DNA of 43,743 nt, from contig JBIPSI010000039.1 of NCBI GenBank assembly GCA_044070495.1, positions 1 through 43,743 of the forward strand. Reading direction: 5' to 3'. The notes below the pieces were generated by a model. That model made no database searches and was not told the DNA's origin. It saw nothing but the letters and a program-made list of their open reading frames with translations. Both the position numbers and the translations under genes were made by a program. Shown here one piece after another: positions 1-8,404 of this stretch. Numbering within the stretch: the stretch's first letter is position 1; the number at the start of each line of letters is the position of its first letter. The DNA is from Spirulina sp. (GTDB lineage: Bacteria > Cyanobacteriota > Cyanobacteriia > Phormidesmidales > Phormidesmidaceae).

Positions 1-63
1 TTGCCCATTTTGATACATCAGCAGCGCGCTGAGCAGTCTAATTCCAGTACCGACGCAATCTAA
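1..63 (+). CDS. 3' end of a probable upstream cassette gene (partial)
   Basis: Open frame LPILIHQQRAEQSNSSTDAI* whose TAA lies inside the attC R'' box (ATCTAAC), as is typical for cassette genes; only 20 codons visible. Confidence 0.45.
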   Translation: MPILIHQQRAEQSNSSTDAI

Positions 64-144
64 CAACCCGGCTGGAGCGGACTGTTGAGCGATCTTGGTG
101 GTGTTGCAAAAGTTGCGTACAGCCGCTCAGCCGGAACGTTAGGC
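58..144 (+). mobile_element. attC-like recombination site 1
   Basis: ATCTAAC (RYYYAAC) at 58-64 and GTTAGGC (GTTRRRY) at 138-144; arms CCGGCTG[G]AGCGG[A]CTGT / ACAGCCGCTCAGCCGG pair with two unpaired bases. Confidence 0.9.
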
Positions 145-175
145 GCACTGAGAGAAAACAGGAGGAGAAACCCAC

Positions 176-1696
176 GTGGCATTGTTCAGACAACTCGGTT
201 TTGAGTCTCATCCTTTCCTTAAGACAAATGCTGACGAGGAGGAGGAGCTTCAATCTTATTTCGTGCCTCCTCCTTATTTTGATGCCATCATCGGCGATTC
301 CAACTCTCCTAACTCATCCATCGTATTGGCTCCACGTGGAGCAGGAAAAACTGCACAACGGCGAATGGTCGAAGCAGCATCGAATCAATCCAGATATTTG
401 GCTGTCACCTATGATCGATTTGAATTTAGTGCTAGCCAAAAAATCATTGATATATCACTTAATTATCATTTAAGAAATATCATTACACGCATTCTAATTT
501 CATTTCTTTCCTATCTAAGCGAATGGCCAGATGTTTCAAAAAGCTTATCCAAAGATGAAAAGAAGCAACTGGCCGTTTTTATTCAAACTTACTTGGGAGA
601 GCTAACTGGAGACAGCTTACAACAGCTTCTGAATGAATTAAAGAGTCTGCCCGATAAATTTAAATCGTTTTGGCACCAAAATGTCGGATTCATGGAATCA
701 GTCATTAATTTTCTCTTGAAGGCCTACGAACTCCCAAATATTGATTTACCCGACGCAAAACATGAAGAAAAACGCCTTGGAGAAACTTACAAATTTCAAC
801 TTGAAACATTACTAAAGCTAGTTCAAAAAATAGGCTTTAAGTCAATATATATTCTAGTAGATAGACCAGACGAAACAGAGAAGACCGGTAACGACCCCGA
901 GAGCACGTATCAGCTAATTCGGCCTTTGATACGTGATTTAGAGCTTCTTGGACTCTCTGGATATGGATTCAAGTTTTTTCTCTGGGATCAAATTGAGCCT
1001 TTCTTTCGATCAGACGCACGCCCGGACCGAGTGCCACAGTATGAATTGAAGTGGAGTAGAAATAGCTTGAAGGCAGTTCTATCGAAACGTCTGTTGGCAT
1101 TCAGTGGTGGGGGAATAAGCTCATTTGATGTTTTGTTGGAGGAGCCGTGTAACATTGATGATCAGCTTTGCCTGATGGCTAATGGTTCACCTCGAAACCT
1201 CATTCGACTTTGTGAGCGTATTTTAGCAATCCAGGGCGATCGTGACCCAACCTCTCGTAAGATTTCCCTGGCTGCTATTGACCAAGCAACGGTAGCTCAC
1301 AGTGAAAAAATATGCGTAGAAAACTATGGGGAAAATATTCTCAAAGAACTTCAGCGCGTAGGAAGGGAACTTTTTACCACAAACTTCGTCGCCAATGACA
1401 TCCTCAAAATTTCTGCTAACGGAGCACGCAATAAAATTACTAATTGGGTAAATCTCGGAGTAGTTTCGCAGGTAGGAACAGTGATTATTCCACCTGCTAC
1501 CCGACCAACATACTTATATGGTGTAATCGATCCATGTGTTGTGAGGGTGATGCATAGAGCCATACCTTTTGTGGACTTTGTTCATGATCGCTGGCTGCCC
1601 TGTGACCATTGCCTTACTGATAACTTAATAAACATTGCTCTCTTTCCCGATAATGAAGATCCAGTATGCCGTCAATGTGGACGAAAACTAATATGA
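176..1696 (+). CDS. P-loop ATPase (Sll1717/STAND-like) with C-terminal HTH-like region and Zn ribbon
   Basis: Walker A APRGAGKT, Walker B IYILVDRPDE, ANGSPRNLIRLC motif, CDHC...CRQC at C-terminus; GGAGGA RBS before GTG; low GC. Confidence 0.8.
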   Translation: MALFRQLGFESHPFLKTNADEEEELQSYFVPPPYFDAIIGDSNSPNSSIVLAPRGAGKTAQRRMVEAASNQSRYLAVTYDRFEFSASQKIIDISLNYHLRNIITRILISFLSYLSEWPDVSKSLSKDEKKQLAVFIQTYLGELTGDSLQQLLNELKSLPDKFKSFWHQNVGFMESVINFLLKAYELPNIDLPDAKHEEKRLGETYKFQLETLLKLVQKIGFKSIYILVDRPDETEKTGNDPESTYQLIRPLIRDLELLGLSGYGFKFFLWDQIEPFFRSDARPDRVPQYELKWSRNSLKAVLSKRLLAFSGGGISSFDVLLEEPCNIDDQLCLMANGSPRNLIRLCERILAIQGDRDPTSRKISLAAIDQATVAHSEKICVENYGENILKELQRVGRELFTTNFVANDILKISANGARNKITNWVNLGVVSQVGTVIIPPATRPTYLYGVIDPCVVRVMHRAIPFVDFVHDRWLPCDHCLTDNLINIALFPDNEDPVCRQCGRKLI

Positions 1697-1700
1697 CGGT

Positions 1701-1774
1701 GCCCAATATAGCGCTGGACACTGATCGGTGTTACGCTGTTGCTCCACCCTAGCAGTTCAGGACGGTCGCTTAGT
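1701..1774 (+). mobile_element. degenerate attC-like site
   Basis: Starts 4 bp after the ATPase stop; GCCCAAT..GCGCTGGACACTGA...CAGTTCAG..GGTCGCTTAG follows the layout of the intact sites but both core boxes are mutated. Confidence 0.55.
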
Positions 1775-1967
1775 AGGTTGGGCTAAGTGTAGCGAACCTA
1801 AAATCAATACAGTTTGGGCTATTTCATCAAATCGCTCATACTAATAGGTGAAGCGAGAATAAGATACAAACTGGAGCATGAAGGGTAGGACTGGGTTTAA
1901 GGACAATATCGGATACGAATAGTTGAACATCCAATATTGCTGGGTTTCCTGCGTCAACCCAGCCTAT
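1773..1967. repeat. inverted pair of degenerate GTAG-type REP-like elements
   Basis: GTAGGTTGGGCTAAGTGTAGCGAACCTAAA at 1773 and TGGGTTTCCTGCGTCAACCCAGCCTAT ending 1967; related copy near 13627-13659. Confidence 0.55.
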
Positions 1968-1994
1968 GGGTGATCTGATAAGAATGTTAATACA

Positions 1995-2083
1995 GCCTAA
2001 CAACGCCCATGCACACCGACCGACGAAAGTGGCTGGGTATTGATGCAAAGGTTATCTGCGGCGGGTGATGGGCAACGTTAGCT
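1995..2083 (+). mobile_element. attC-like recombination site 2
   Basis: GCCTAAC 1995-2001 and GTTAGCT 2077-2083; arms GCCCAT[G]CAC[A]CCG[A]CCG / CGGCGGGTGATGGGC. Confidence 0.9.
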
Positions 2084-2238
2084 GGCTTAGAGGGTCGGTG
2101 GGGACACTGCTGAGGAATTTTCTGCTAGTCTTCAAAATTGCTCTCTTGAAGACACGCAAAAGCCCATTCCCGAATGAAACTCTTTCGTCTGAATAATTTA
2201 TGATGAGCTGAGCGTCAGCCTATCTATCACCAGTTGCC

Positions 2239-2664
2239 ATGCCCGAATCATGTTCCGTTTTAATTGACTTTAGCGAAGCGGGTCTAGATCTGGATCGCGC
2301 TGAAGTGGAGAACTTTTTGCTCACCATCGCCGACGAAATGGAGTCTAGCGACCTGGCGCAGTCTGCCCGTCTAGCCCGTGATGAGGATATCCCAGATGCG
2401 GCTAAGTCTGGGGTGGCGGCGTTCCTCATCGGGATTCTCACCGCTGAGATCAACCGGGAGAACCTGGGTAAGGTGATGGATTACCTGGGGAACCTGCGCT
2501 ACGGCAAAACGCTGACTCTGTCCTTTGAAGTAGACGGTATGACCTCCACCCTTGAGTATCGCAACAAGCAGGAGTTGGATCAGGCGCTAGACGCCACCGA
2601 GCGGTTGGCAAACTTGCGGGTTAAGATACTGGAACAGCAAACTCCACCTGAAAACCAGCCATAG
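2239..2664 (+). CDS. EACC1-like small protein (caspase-associated)
   Basis: 141 aa with P-x-x-A-K-S-G followed by a hydrophobic helix (VAAFLIGILTA) and C-terminal LSFEVDG..LEY; directly upstream of a C14 caspase, the usual EACC1 arrangement. Confidence 0.7.
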   Translation: MPESCSVLIDFSEAGLDLDRAEVENFLLTIADEMESSDLAQSARLARDEDIPDAAKSGVAAFLIGILTAEINRENLGKVMDYLGNLRYGKTLTLSFEVDGMTSTLEYRNKQELDQALDATERLANLRVKILEQQTPPENQP

Positions 2665-2682
2665 CAATCCAAAGCCAACTCT

Positions 2683-4551
2683 ATGGGAAAGTATGCACTC
2701 TTAATTGGCGTTGATACCTATGGAGAAGGGCTACAACCGCTACCAGCCGCTTCTAAGGATGTGGCGGCGCTACGGGAGGTATTGCTGAACCCCCAGATGG
2801 GTGGGTTTGACGAAGCGAAACCCGTGATTAACCCCACGCAGCCAGAAATGGCGCGGGAAATTGAGCTGTGGTTTCAGGATCGGCAGCCGGAGGATCTGGT
2901 GCTGCTGTTCTTTTCGGGGCATGGAGTCAAGGACGATCGCCGCGATCTTTACTTTGCTGCTGCCAATACCGAGAAACAGCGCGATCGCCTACTCACGTCC
3001 ACTGCCACCTCTGCCCGGTTTCTCCATGACCGGATTCGGGCCTGCAAAGCCAAATATCAAGTGCTCATTCTCGACTGCTGCTTTAGCGGTGCTTTTGGTG
3101 ATCTGGTTGGCAAGGATGATGGCGAAATTCCCCTGCAAGAGCAACTGGGAGCTGAGGGGCGGGTGGTGCTGACCTCCACCAGTGCGGTGGATTATTCCTT
3201 TGAAGAAAAGGGCGCGGATCTGTCGATCTATACCCGCTACTTGGTGGAAGGCATTGCCACGGGTGCTGCCGATGAAGATGGCGATGGAGCGATCACCGCA
3301 GAAGACCTACATCGGTATGCGGGGCGAAAGGTACAGGAAGCTTCGCCTGCCATGAGTCCCAAAATCTTCATTCCGCAAGGCGAAGGTTATCGCATTCGGC
3401 TGGCTCGTTCGCCCCAGGATGACCCCAGGCTGAAGTATCGCAAAGAGGCCGAGCGCCGAGCTACGGCAGCGGAGTTTACGATTCCGGCCAAGCGGCTATT
3501 GATGGGGCTTCGTGCTGAACTGGGACTTGCGGAGGCGGAGGCAGATGCGATCGAAGCAGAGGTGTTGAAGCCCCACCGGGACTATCAGCGCAAACGGCAA
3601 GACTATCACGAGACCCTGCACCAATGCCTAGAGCGGGAATCGCCCCTGAGTCCACGCACCATCAACGATCTAATGGACTACCGCGCCCACCTGCGGCTCA
3701 AACCGGAGGATGTGGCGACCATTGAGCAAGCAGTACTGGGTGGCCAAGATTTAGAAGGATATATTACGGTTCTAGAACGCCAGCGGCAGTCAGAAGCCCA
3801 ACAGAGAAAACAGGAGCAGGCCGATGCCGAACGGCGGCAACAAGCAGAAGCTCAACGCCAGCGGGAAGCGGCGGAGCAGAAGCGACAGGCGAAATCCGCT
3901 GCCCAACGCCGACAGGAAGACACAGAAAGGCAAATACAAGTTATTTGGGCGAAAGTTAAGCAGCTATTAACCACTAATCAAACTGAGCAGCTAGCTAAGC
4001 CGAATCAAATACAGGAAACCAATCTCAACAGCGAAAAGGGCATCGACTATACCCCCCTGCACGACCTACTTAAAGCCCAAGACTGGCGCGCCGCTGACCG
4101 AGAAACCCTCGAAGTGATGATTCGCGCTGCGGGTCCAGACAAGGCTAAATCGGGCTATGGGTTCGCTGGAGATGTACTCCTGAATTTTCCCTGTACAGAC
4201 CTGCGAACCATCAACTACCTATGGGTGAAGTATAGCCAGGGCAAGTTTGGCTTTAGCGTGCAGAAGGAAATCTACGTGAAATGTGGAGCCAAACTCGACG
4301 GGGAAATGCCGGATGATGAAATCATTGGCAAGTTTTTCGATCACGTCGGCTGGTATAAAGGCGATAAATTTCTGAACTATTCAGACTTCAAAGCCAGTCT
4401 CTCTTTATCTCCCAGGGGAGAATTTCCATTTGGCTATTTTGTTCATTCGGAGGAAATTGTCCGAGAGTTCATAGAGTCTGGCCGATGGACTGGGTGGGGC
4501 TATGATCCAAGTATCTTCTCTCGCATCGAGACTTGTAATCGTTTAGCATAA
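2683..4551 (+). CDS. caspase (peptidase C14) - helical/coiled-coil - GUN4 domain protein
   Basis: KYALLIGV start, catalytic FSGHG and ILDCCFSG; Q/R/E-rich coiled coil; GUN4 motifs IDYTPLHDLL..WRAADRET and FPCTDLRTI..LWVKYSQGKFGFSVQ. Confidence 0.9.
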   Translation: MGKYALLIGVDTYGEGLQPLPAASKDVAALREVLLNPQMGGFDEAKPVINPTQPEMAREIELWFQDRQPEDLVLLFFSGHGVKDDRRDLYFAAANTEKQRDRLLTSTATSARFLHDRIRACKAKYQVLILDCCFSGAFGDLVGKDDGEIPLQEQLGAEGRVVLTSTSAVDYSFEEKGADLSIYTRYLVEGIATGAADEDGDGAITAEDLHRYAGRKVQEASPAMSPKIFIPQGEGYRIRLARSPQDDPRLKYRKEAERRATAAEFTIPAKRLLMGLRAELGLAEAEADAIEAEVLKPHRDYQRKRQDYHETLHQCLERESPLSPRTINDLMDYRAHLRLKPEDVATIEQAVLGGQDLEGYITVLERQRQSEAQQRKQEQADAERRQQAEAQRQREAAEQKRQAKSAAQRRQEDTERQIQVIWAKVKQLLTTNQTEQLAKPNQIQETNLNSEKGIDYTPLHDLLKAQDWRAADRETLEVMIRAAGPDKAKSGYGFAGDVLLNFPCTDLRTINYLWVKYSQGKFGFSVQKEIYVKCGAKLDGEMPDDEIIGKFFDHVGWYKGDKFLNYSDFKASLSLSPRGEFPFGYFVHSEEIVREFIESGRWTGWGYDPSIFSRIETCNRLA

Positions 4552-4645
4552 GCAAGTTCTAGAGGTGCTTAAAGTTTGTAAATAGCTGCTCTCTACACGA
4601 TTTACCTACCTTTCAGCGATCCGTTACCTAGCACCAGGGGGGCAC

Positions 4646-4682
4646 CCAGAAACCCGGTTTTTTGAAAAACCCGGGTTTCTGG
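4646..4682. repeat. palindromic cyanobacterial repeat
   Basis: CCAGAAACCCGGTTTTTTGAAAAACCCGGGTTTCTGG imperfect palindrome; similar hairpin at ~16818-16851. Confidence 0.7.
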
Positions 4683-4731
4683 CCACCAGCTAAAACCTTG
4701 GTATAAACTCACACTTACCATCACCCTAGCT

Positions 4732-4977
4732 ATGCTTAGTACAACAGTCACTGATACCGGACAAATTACCTTACCTGACGAAATTCGGCAGCATCTCAAG
4801 CTAGTGAGCGGCAGCCGAGTCGAGTTCGTCATCGACGAAGACGGTCAAGTCAAAATCTTCCCCCTCAACGTTGCCGTAGAAACCCTATCCGGTATCCTTC
4901 ATCGCTCGGGCATTCAACCCGCCTCCCTTGAGGACATGGAAACCGCCATCTCCGAGGGCGCGAATGATTGGGCTTGA
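4732..4977 (+). CDS. AbrB/MazE-family antitoxin
   Basis: TTVTDTGQITLPDEIRQHLKL..GSRVEF motif; overlaps the PIN toxin start. Confidence 0.88.
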   Translation: MLSTTVTDTGQITLPDEIRQHLKLVSGSRVEFVIDEDGQVKIFPLNVAVETLSGILHRSGIQPASLEDMETAISEGANDWA

Positions 4978-5353
4978 TACCAACATCCTGGTTCGCTACC
5001 TCACCCGCGACGACGAGCAGCAGTGGCAGCAAGCCGCCACCGTTATTCAGCGAAGTCAGCCTTGCTTCGTTACCAATATCGTTCTGTGTGAGTTGGTTTG
5101 GGTGCTGAAGGGTGCAAACTATAGCTTTCGTAAGGACGAAATCATCGGCGTCCTAGAGGCGATGCTGCACAGTGCAGCTTTTGAATTTGAAGATCGCTCG
5201 ACGGTTGACCAGGCTCTACAGCGGTACAAGCAGGGCAAAGCTGATTTTTCTGATTATCTGATTGGGGCGGTATCTCGACAGGCCGGTTGCACAGAAACCG
5301 TAAGCTTTGATGGCAAATTGAAGGGTGAACGAGGATTTCGGTGTCTGGAGTAG
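4964..5353 (+). CDS. vapC: PIN-domain (VapC) toxin
   Basis: MIGLDTNILVRYL..., ELVWVL, ADFSDYLI, TVSFD motifs; ATG at 4964 overlaps the antitoxin end. Confidence 0.9.
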   Translation: MIGLDTNILVRYLTRDDEQQWQQAATVIQRSQPCFVTNIVLCELVWVLKGANYSFRKDEIIGVLEAMLHSAAFEFEDRSTVDQALQRYKQGKADFSDYLIGAVSRQAGCTETVSFDGKLKGERGFRCLE

Positions 5354-5360
5354 CATCGCC

Positions 5361-5446
5361 AGCTAACACTGCGTGGCAGCGGACGGTCATAAACTTCTGG
5401 TTTGCCTCCCAAGGCTGTCTGCCGCCGCTGCACTTCACCGTTAGAC
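5361..5446 (+). mobile_element. attC-like recombination site 3
   Basis: AGCTAAC 5361-5367 and GTTAGAC 5440-5446; arms GTG[G]CAGCGG[A]CGG / CCGCCGCTGCAC; 7 bp after the vapC stop. Confidence 0.9.
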
Positions 5447-5782
5447 TGCTTAATCTGCTGACTTAGCGAGTGTAACAAACATGAAAGAGAAGTAAGAGTA
5501 ATTACTGTGGTATGAGTATTTTCCCCTAAAGATTAATTGCATTTGCTTAAAACGAGGAATGTGCTAAAAATTTTAATCTGATAATAGAGGGTAGAAATAC
5601 TTAAGCTTCTTTGCTTTTTCTCCTGATTTGGAAAGCATTTACTAATGGCTAAACATGCTTAAGAGCTTGGGCACAGGGATTTAGGTAAGGACTGCCACTT
5701 ACCTCACCCGAATAAGAATCCCTATAGCACAACCAGTGACTTCTGAAGACGTTTAACAAAAAGTAGGAGAGTCGCTACTGTC

Positions 5783-7006
5783 ATGAACAAGAATTATTTA
5801 GATCCAAAACAATTCATGCTGGCTGACGACCTCATGACAAATATTATGGGAGCATTGGCACATGGTCATAAAGAATTGGTAACCCAATCGAATTCCAATC
5901 TTGGTACCCTAGCCGTAAAATCAGCACAACTGAATGTAAGTTTTGATTTCAGTGTAGTTGAAAAGAATACAGGTGAAAGACTGGGATTAACAGTAAGACC
6001 TAGCCCTTTTTTTGGATTTGCGGCTGGATTTCAAACTGAAAAGAGTGAACAAAGTGCTTCTATTTCAAATAGAGCAACCATTACAATTGATATTGTCAAT
6101 GTGGCACCACTATCGGATACAAAAGAATCTGATACATCATCAGGGGAAGACACAGAAGAAGGCACAACAGGAAATACTGGCAATCCTCCAGTCAGACCAT
6201 ATGATAAAGAACGCCTGAAAATTCTTCTTGATGAACTGCTTGCTTTTATTAAAAGAGATTGGCCATCCATTCTGTCTTCAACAGAAACCTTGGTTAATGA
6301 AATCGAAGTTTACCTTAGGACAGATGAGGTGAGAATAGCTGGAGCGCTTATAACAAAGCTGACAGGGGACTTGTATAAAGCATTCCAAGCAACTAATACT
6401 AGAATGTCTCGAGAACTAGAAGCAGTGCTTGGAAATTTAGATGCTTTTTTGAGTGGCATTAAGCTGACGGATGAACTCATCCCATCCAATACTAGGGATA
6501 TTATAGAATCCTTGCCTCGCCAATTTGGACTACTAGATTTAAGTGCTGAAATCCTGAGTAATTTCGACCAGCAAATTAAAGCTGTGCTCGGGTCTGACAG
6601 CGAAATTGCGGCTGGTCTCATACTTCAAAGGGCAATAGCTGAGCTTGCCCCTCATCTTTCTGGCAAGATCTTGCCAAAGAAACTGCTTGACAGTCTGGAG
6701 GAATTACGGCTTCTTAAGACACTCGACATAAGTGACATGCAATGGAAACAAGCATTTGAGTCATCGGTAAGAACACTGCGTACTTCTATTCGTACCCTCC
6801 AGTTGCCAGAAGATATAAGTACTGGTTTTGAAGCTGATTGTGACCATGCATTGGCAAGCCATAGTGCTATTGAAGCTGGGAGCCGCCTTGTGGTGGCATT
6901 GGATACACTAAATCGTACAACTCAGGAATTGCCATTATCCCAGGAGATACAGAAGGTGTTAGAGCAGTTTGTTCAACCCGCCATAACAAATGAGGAAACC
7001 TTGTAA
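5783..7006 (+). CDS. hypothetical protein: N-terminal Trypco2-like helix/beta module, acidic linker, three helical repeats
   Basis: 407 aa ORF with AGGAG RBS; domain call is pattern-based only. Confidence 0.75.
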   Translation: MNKNYLDPKQFMLADDLMTNIMGALAHGHKELVTQSNSNLGTLAVKSAQLNVSFDFSVVEKNTGERLGLTVRPSPFFGFAAGFQTEKSEQSASISNRATITIDIVNVAPLSDTKESDTSSGEDTEEGTTGNTGNPPVRPYDKERLKILLDELLAFIKRDWPSILSSTETLVNEIEVYLRTDEVRIAGALITKLTGDLYKAFQATNTRMSRELEAVLGNLDAFLSGIKLTDELIPSNTRDIIESLPRQFGLLDLSAEILSNFDQQIKAVLGSDSEIAAGLILQRAIAELAPHLSGKILPKKLLDSLEELRLLKTLDISDMQWKQAFESSVRTLRTSIRTLQLPEDISTGFEADCDHALASHSAIEAGSRLVVALDTLNRTTQELPLSQEIQKVLEQFVQPAITNEETL

Positions 7007-7027
7007 ATGTAACTAGGAGGGTTTCAA

Positions 7028-7447
7028 ATGCCAAATCTAGCTGAAGACGCGAAAGCCCTAGCTGAGCTTCTGACAAAATATGGAGTGGAGACAGTCGAGG
7101 AGCTTAAGAACAAAATTGAGAATTGGAAAAATAAGTCAGAAGAGCTGGCTGAGCTTCTGAAAGATTATGGAGTGGATACGGTCGATAAGCTTAAGGAAAA
7201 AATTAAGGAGTTGTCTGGTGGAATAAACGTACCAGGAAATGGATCCCCTTCACCGATAGCACCTGGTGATCCATTGCAGCCGCTGAAGCGACTTGCTGAG
7301 GCTATTGATGAAGCGGAGAGTATATTGAATCAACAAAATCTGGTAATTGCCAGTGGAACAGTTGAAGCTGCTCTTACGGTAAATGTGGGAGGAGCAGCGG
7401 CAGAGGCAAAAGTTAATCTCAATGTTCAGCCCCGTCCCTTTCAATAA
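7028..7447 (+). CDS. hypothetical protein with 29-aa tandem repeat and C-terminal helix/beta-hairpin module
   Basis: 139 aa, AGGAGG RBS; LAELL..YGV.TV..LK.KI twice. Confidence 0.8.
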   Translation: MPNLAEDAKALAELLTKYGVETVEELKNKIENWKNKSEELAELLKDYGVDTVDKLKEKIKELSGGINVPGNGSPSPIAPGDPLQPLKRLAEAIDEAESILNQQNLVIASGTVEAALTVNVGGAAAEAKVNLNVQPRPFQ

Positions 7448-7464
7448 AGGAGAGGTTCTACAAC

Positions 7465-7848
7465 ATGGCTGAAGATATAAGTACAGCAACATTAACAGTA
7501 GATTGTGAAAGCTGGCTTCGTGATGTAGGAGGACAGTTACCGGGTGGATCTACTCTAGTGGAACAATTGCTAAAGCTACTATCAGATGCAGGGATGCCTA
7601 CGACCATCACCTTAAGTATTCCTTTTCCAAACATTCCTTCTACAGAGTCAGAAGCTGCATCTGTCGATCCAATCAGGGTTATAGCAATGCTCACGAACGC
7701 CATTACTCAAGCGGAAGAGACGTTAACTCCCCAAAATATGGAGATCGCAGGTGGGCAAATCGATTCAATGTTTAATGTCACTGATGGGATAGGTGGCATT
7801 GCATCGGCTCACTTAATACTCAAAATCGTTCCAAAAACTTACTCATAA
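7465..7848 (+). CDS. hypothetical protein, C-terminus similar to the preceding gene
   Basis: 127 aa, AAGGAGAGG RBS; DPIRVIAMLTNAITQAEETLTPQNMEIAGG vs DPLQPLKRLAEAIDEAESILNQQNLVIASG. Confidence 0.8.
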   Translation: MAEDISTATLTVDCESWLRDVGGQLPGGSTLVEQLLKLLSDAGMPTTITLSIPFPNIPSTESEAASVDPIRVIAMLTNAITQAEETLTPQNMEIAGGQIDSMFNVTDGIGGIASAHLILKIVPKTYS

Positions 7849-7868
7849 CCTTAACCAAGGAGGATGTT

Positions 7869-8360
7869 ATGACACTCTCAACCGCAATGTCTGTCGCATC
7901 ATTTTCAGTTGTTCTCGCAGAAACTTTCGCTAGTGTTGGTTTATCAACGCTAGTACCAAATGCGTTTCTTGCTCTTGCAAGATCCGCTCACTCGGCATCA
8001 GCTACAATTCCATCTGATGACATTGAAGCTGCACTTAAGAGTATCACCAAAAGCGACCAACAGTCTAAAGTTGTGCCGCCTGTTCCCGTTCCGCCAGACC
8101 CCGCAGAAGTCGCAATTGCCCTGCTGGGAATACTCGGCAAGTCAACTTCATCTGTAGATTTGCTGGTGCCAAAATCAGCTTCTATTGATGCAGAGTTTGA
8201 GTTTTATGGAGCAGAGAGATATGCAGCAGATGTCTCTGTCGGGGCAATGGTGGAAGTTGTCACCGTTAAGGGAGGATATTCAGCCCTTTACGAAACCCAT
8301 TCCAGTAACAAGGTAAAACTCCATGTTGACTTTGTAACTGTAGCTGCAAGCCTAACCTAA
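7869..8360 (+). CDS. hypothetical protein with C-terminal Trypco2-like module
   Basis: 163 aa, AAGGAGG RBS; LLVPKSASIDAEFEF...SSNKVKLHVDFVTV matches LAVKSAQLNVSFDF...SNRATITIDIVNV of the 407-aa protein. Confidence 0.78.
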   Translation: MTLSTAMSVASFSVVLAETFASVGLSTLVPNAFLALARSAHSASATIPSDDIEAALKSITKSDQQSKVVPPVPVPPDPAEVAIALLGILGKSTSSVDLLVPKSASIDAEFEFYGAERYAADVSVGAMVEVVTVKGGYSALYETHSSNKVKLHVDFVTVAASLT

Positions 8361-8404
8361 ATAATTCACCAGCTATTTGAGGAATAGCAGAACCCTTTCA
8401 GGTA

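Noticed and set aside
4020..4551. Diversity-generating retroelement target in the GUN4 C-terminus
   Set aside because: No template repeat or reverse transcriptase seen in the window
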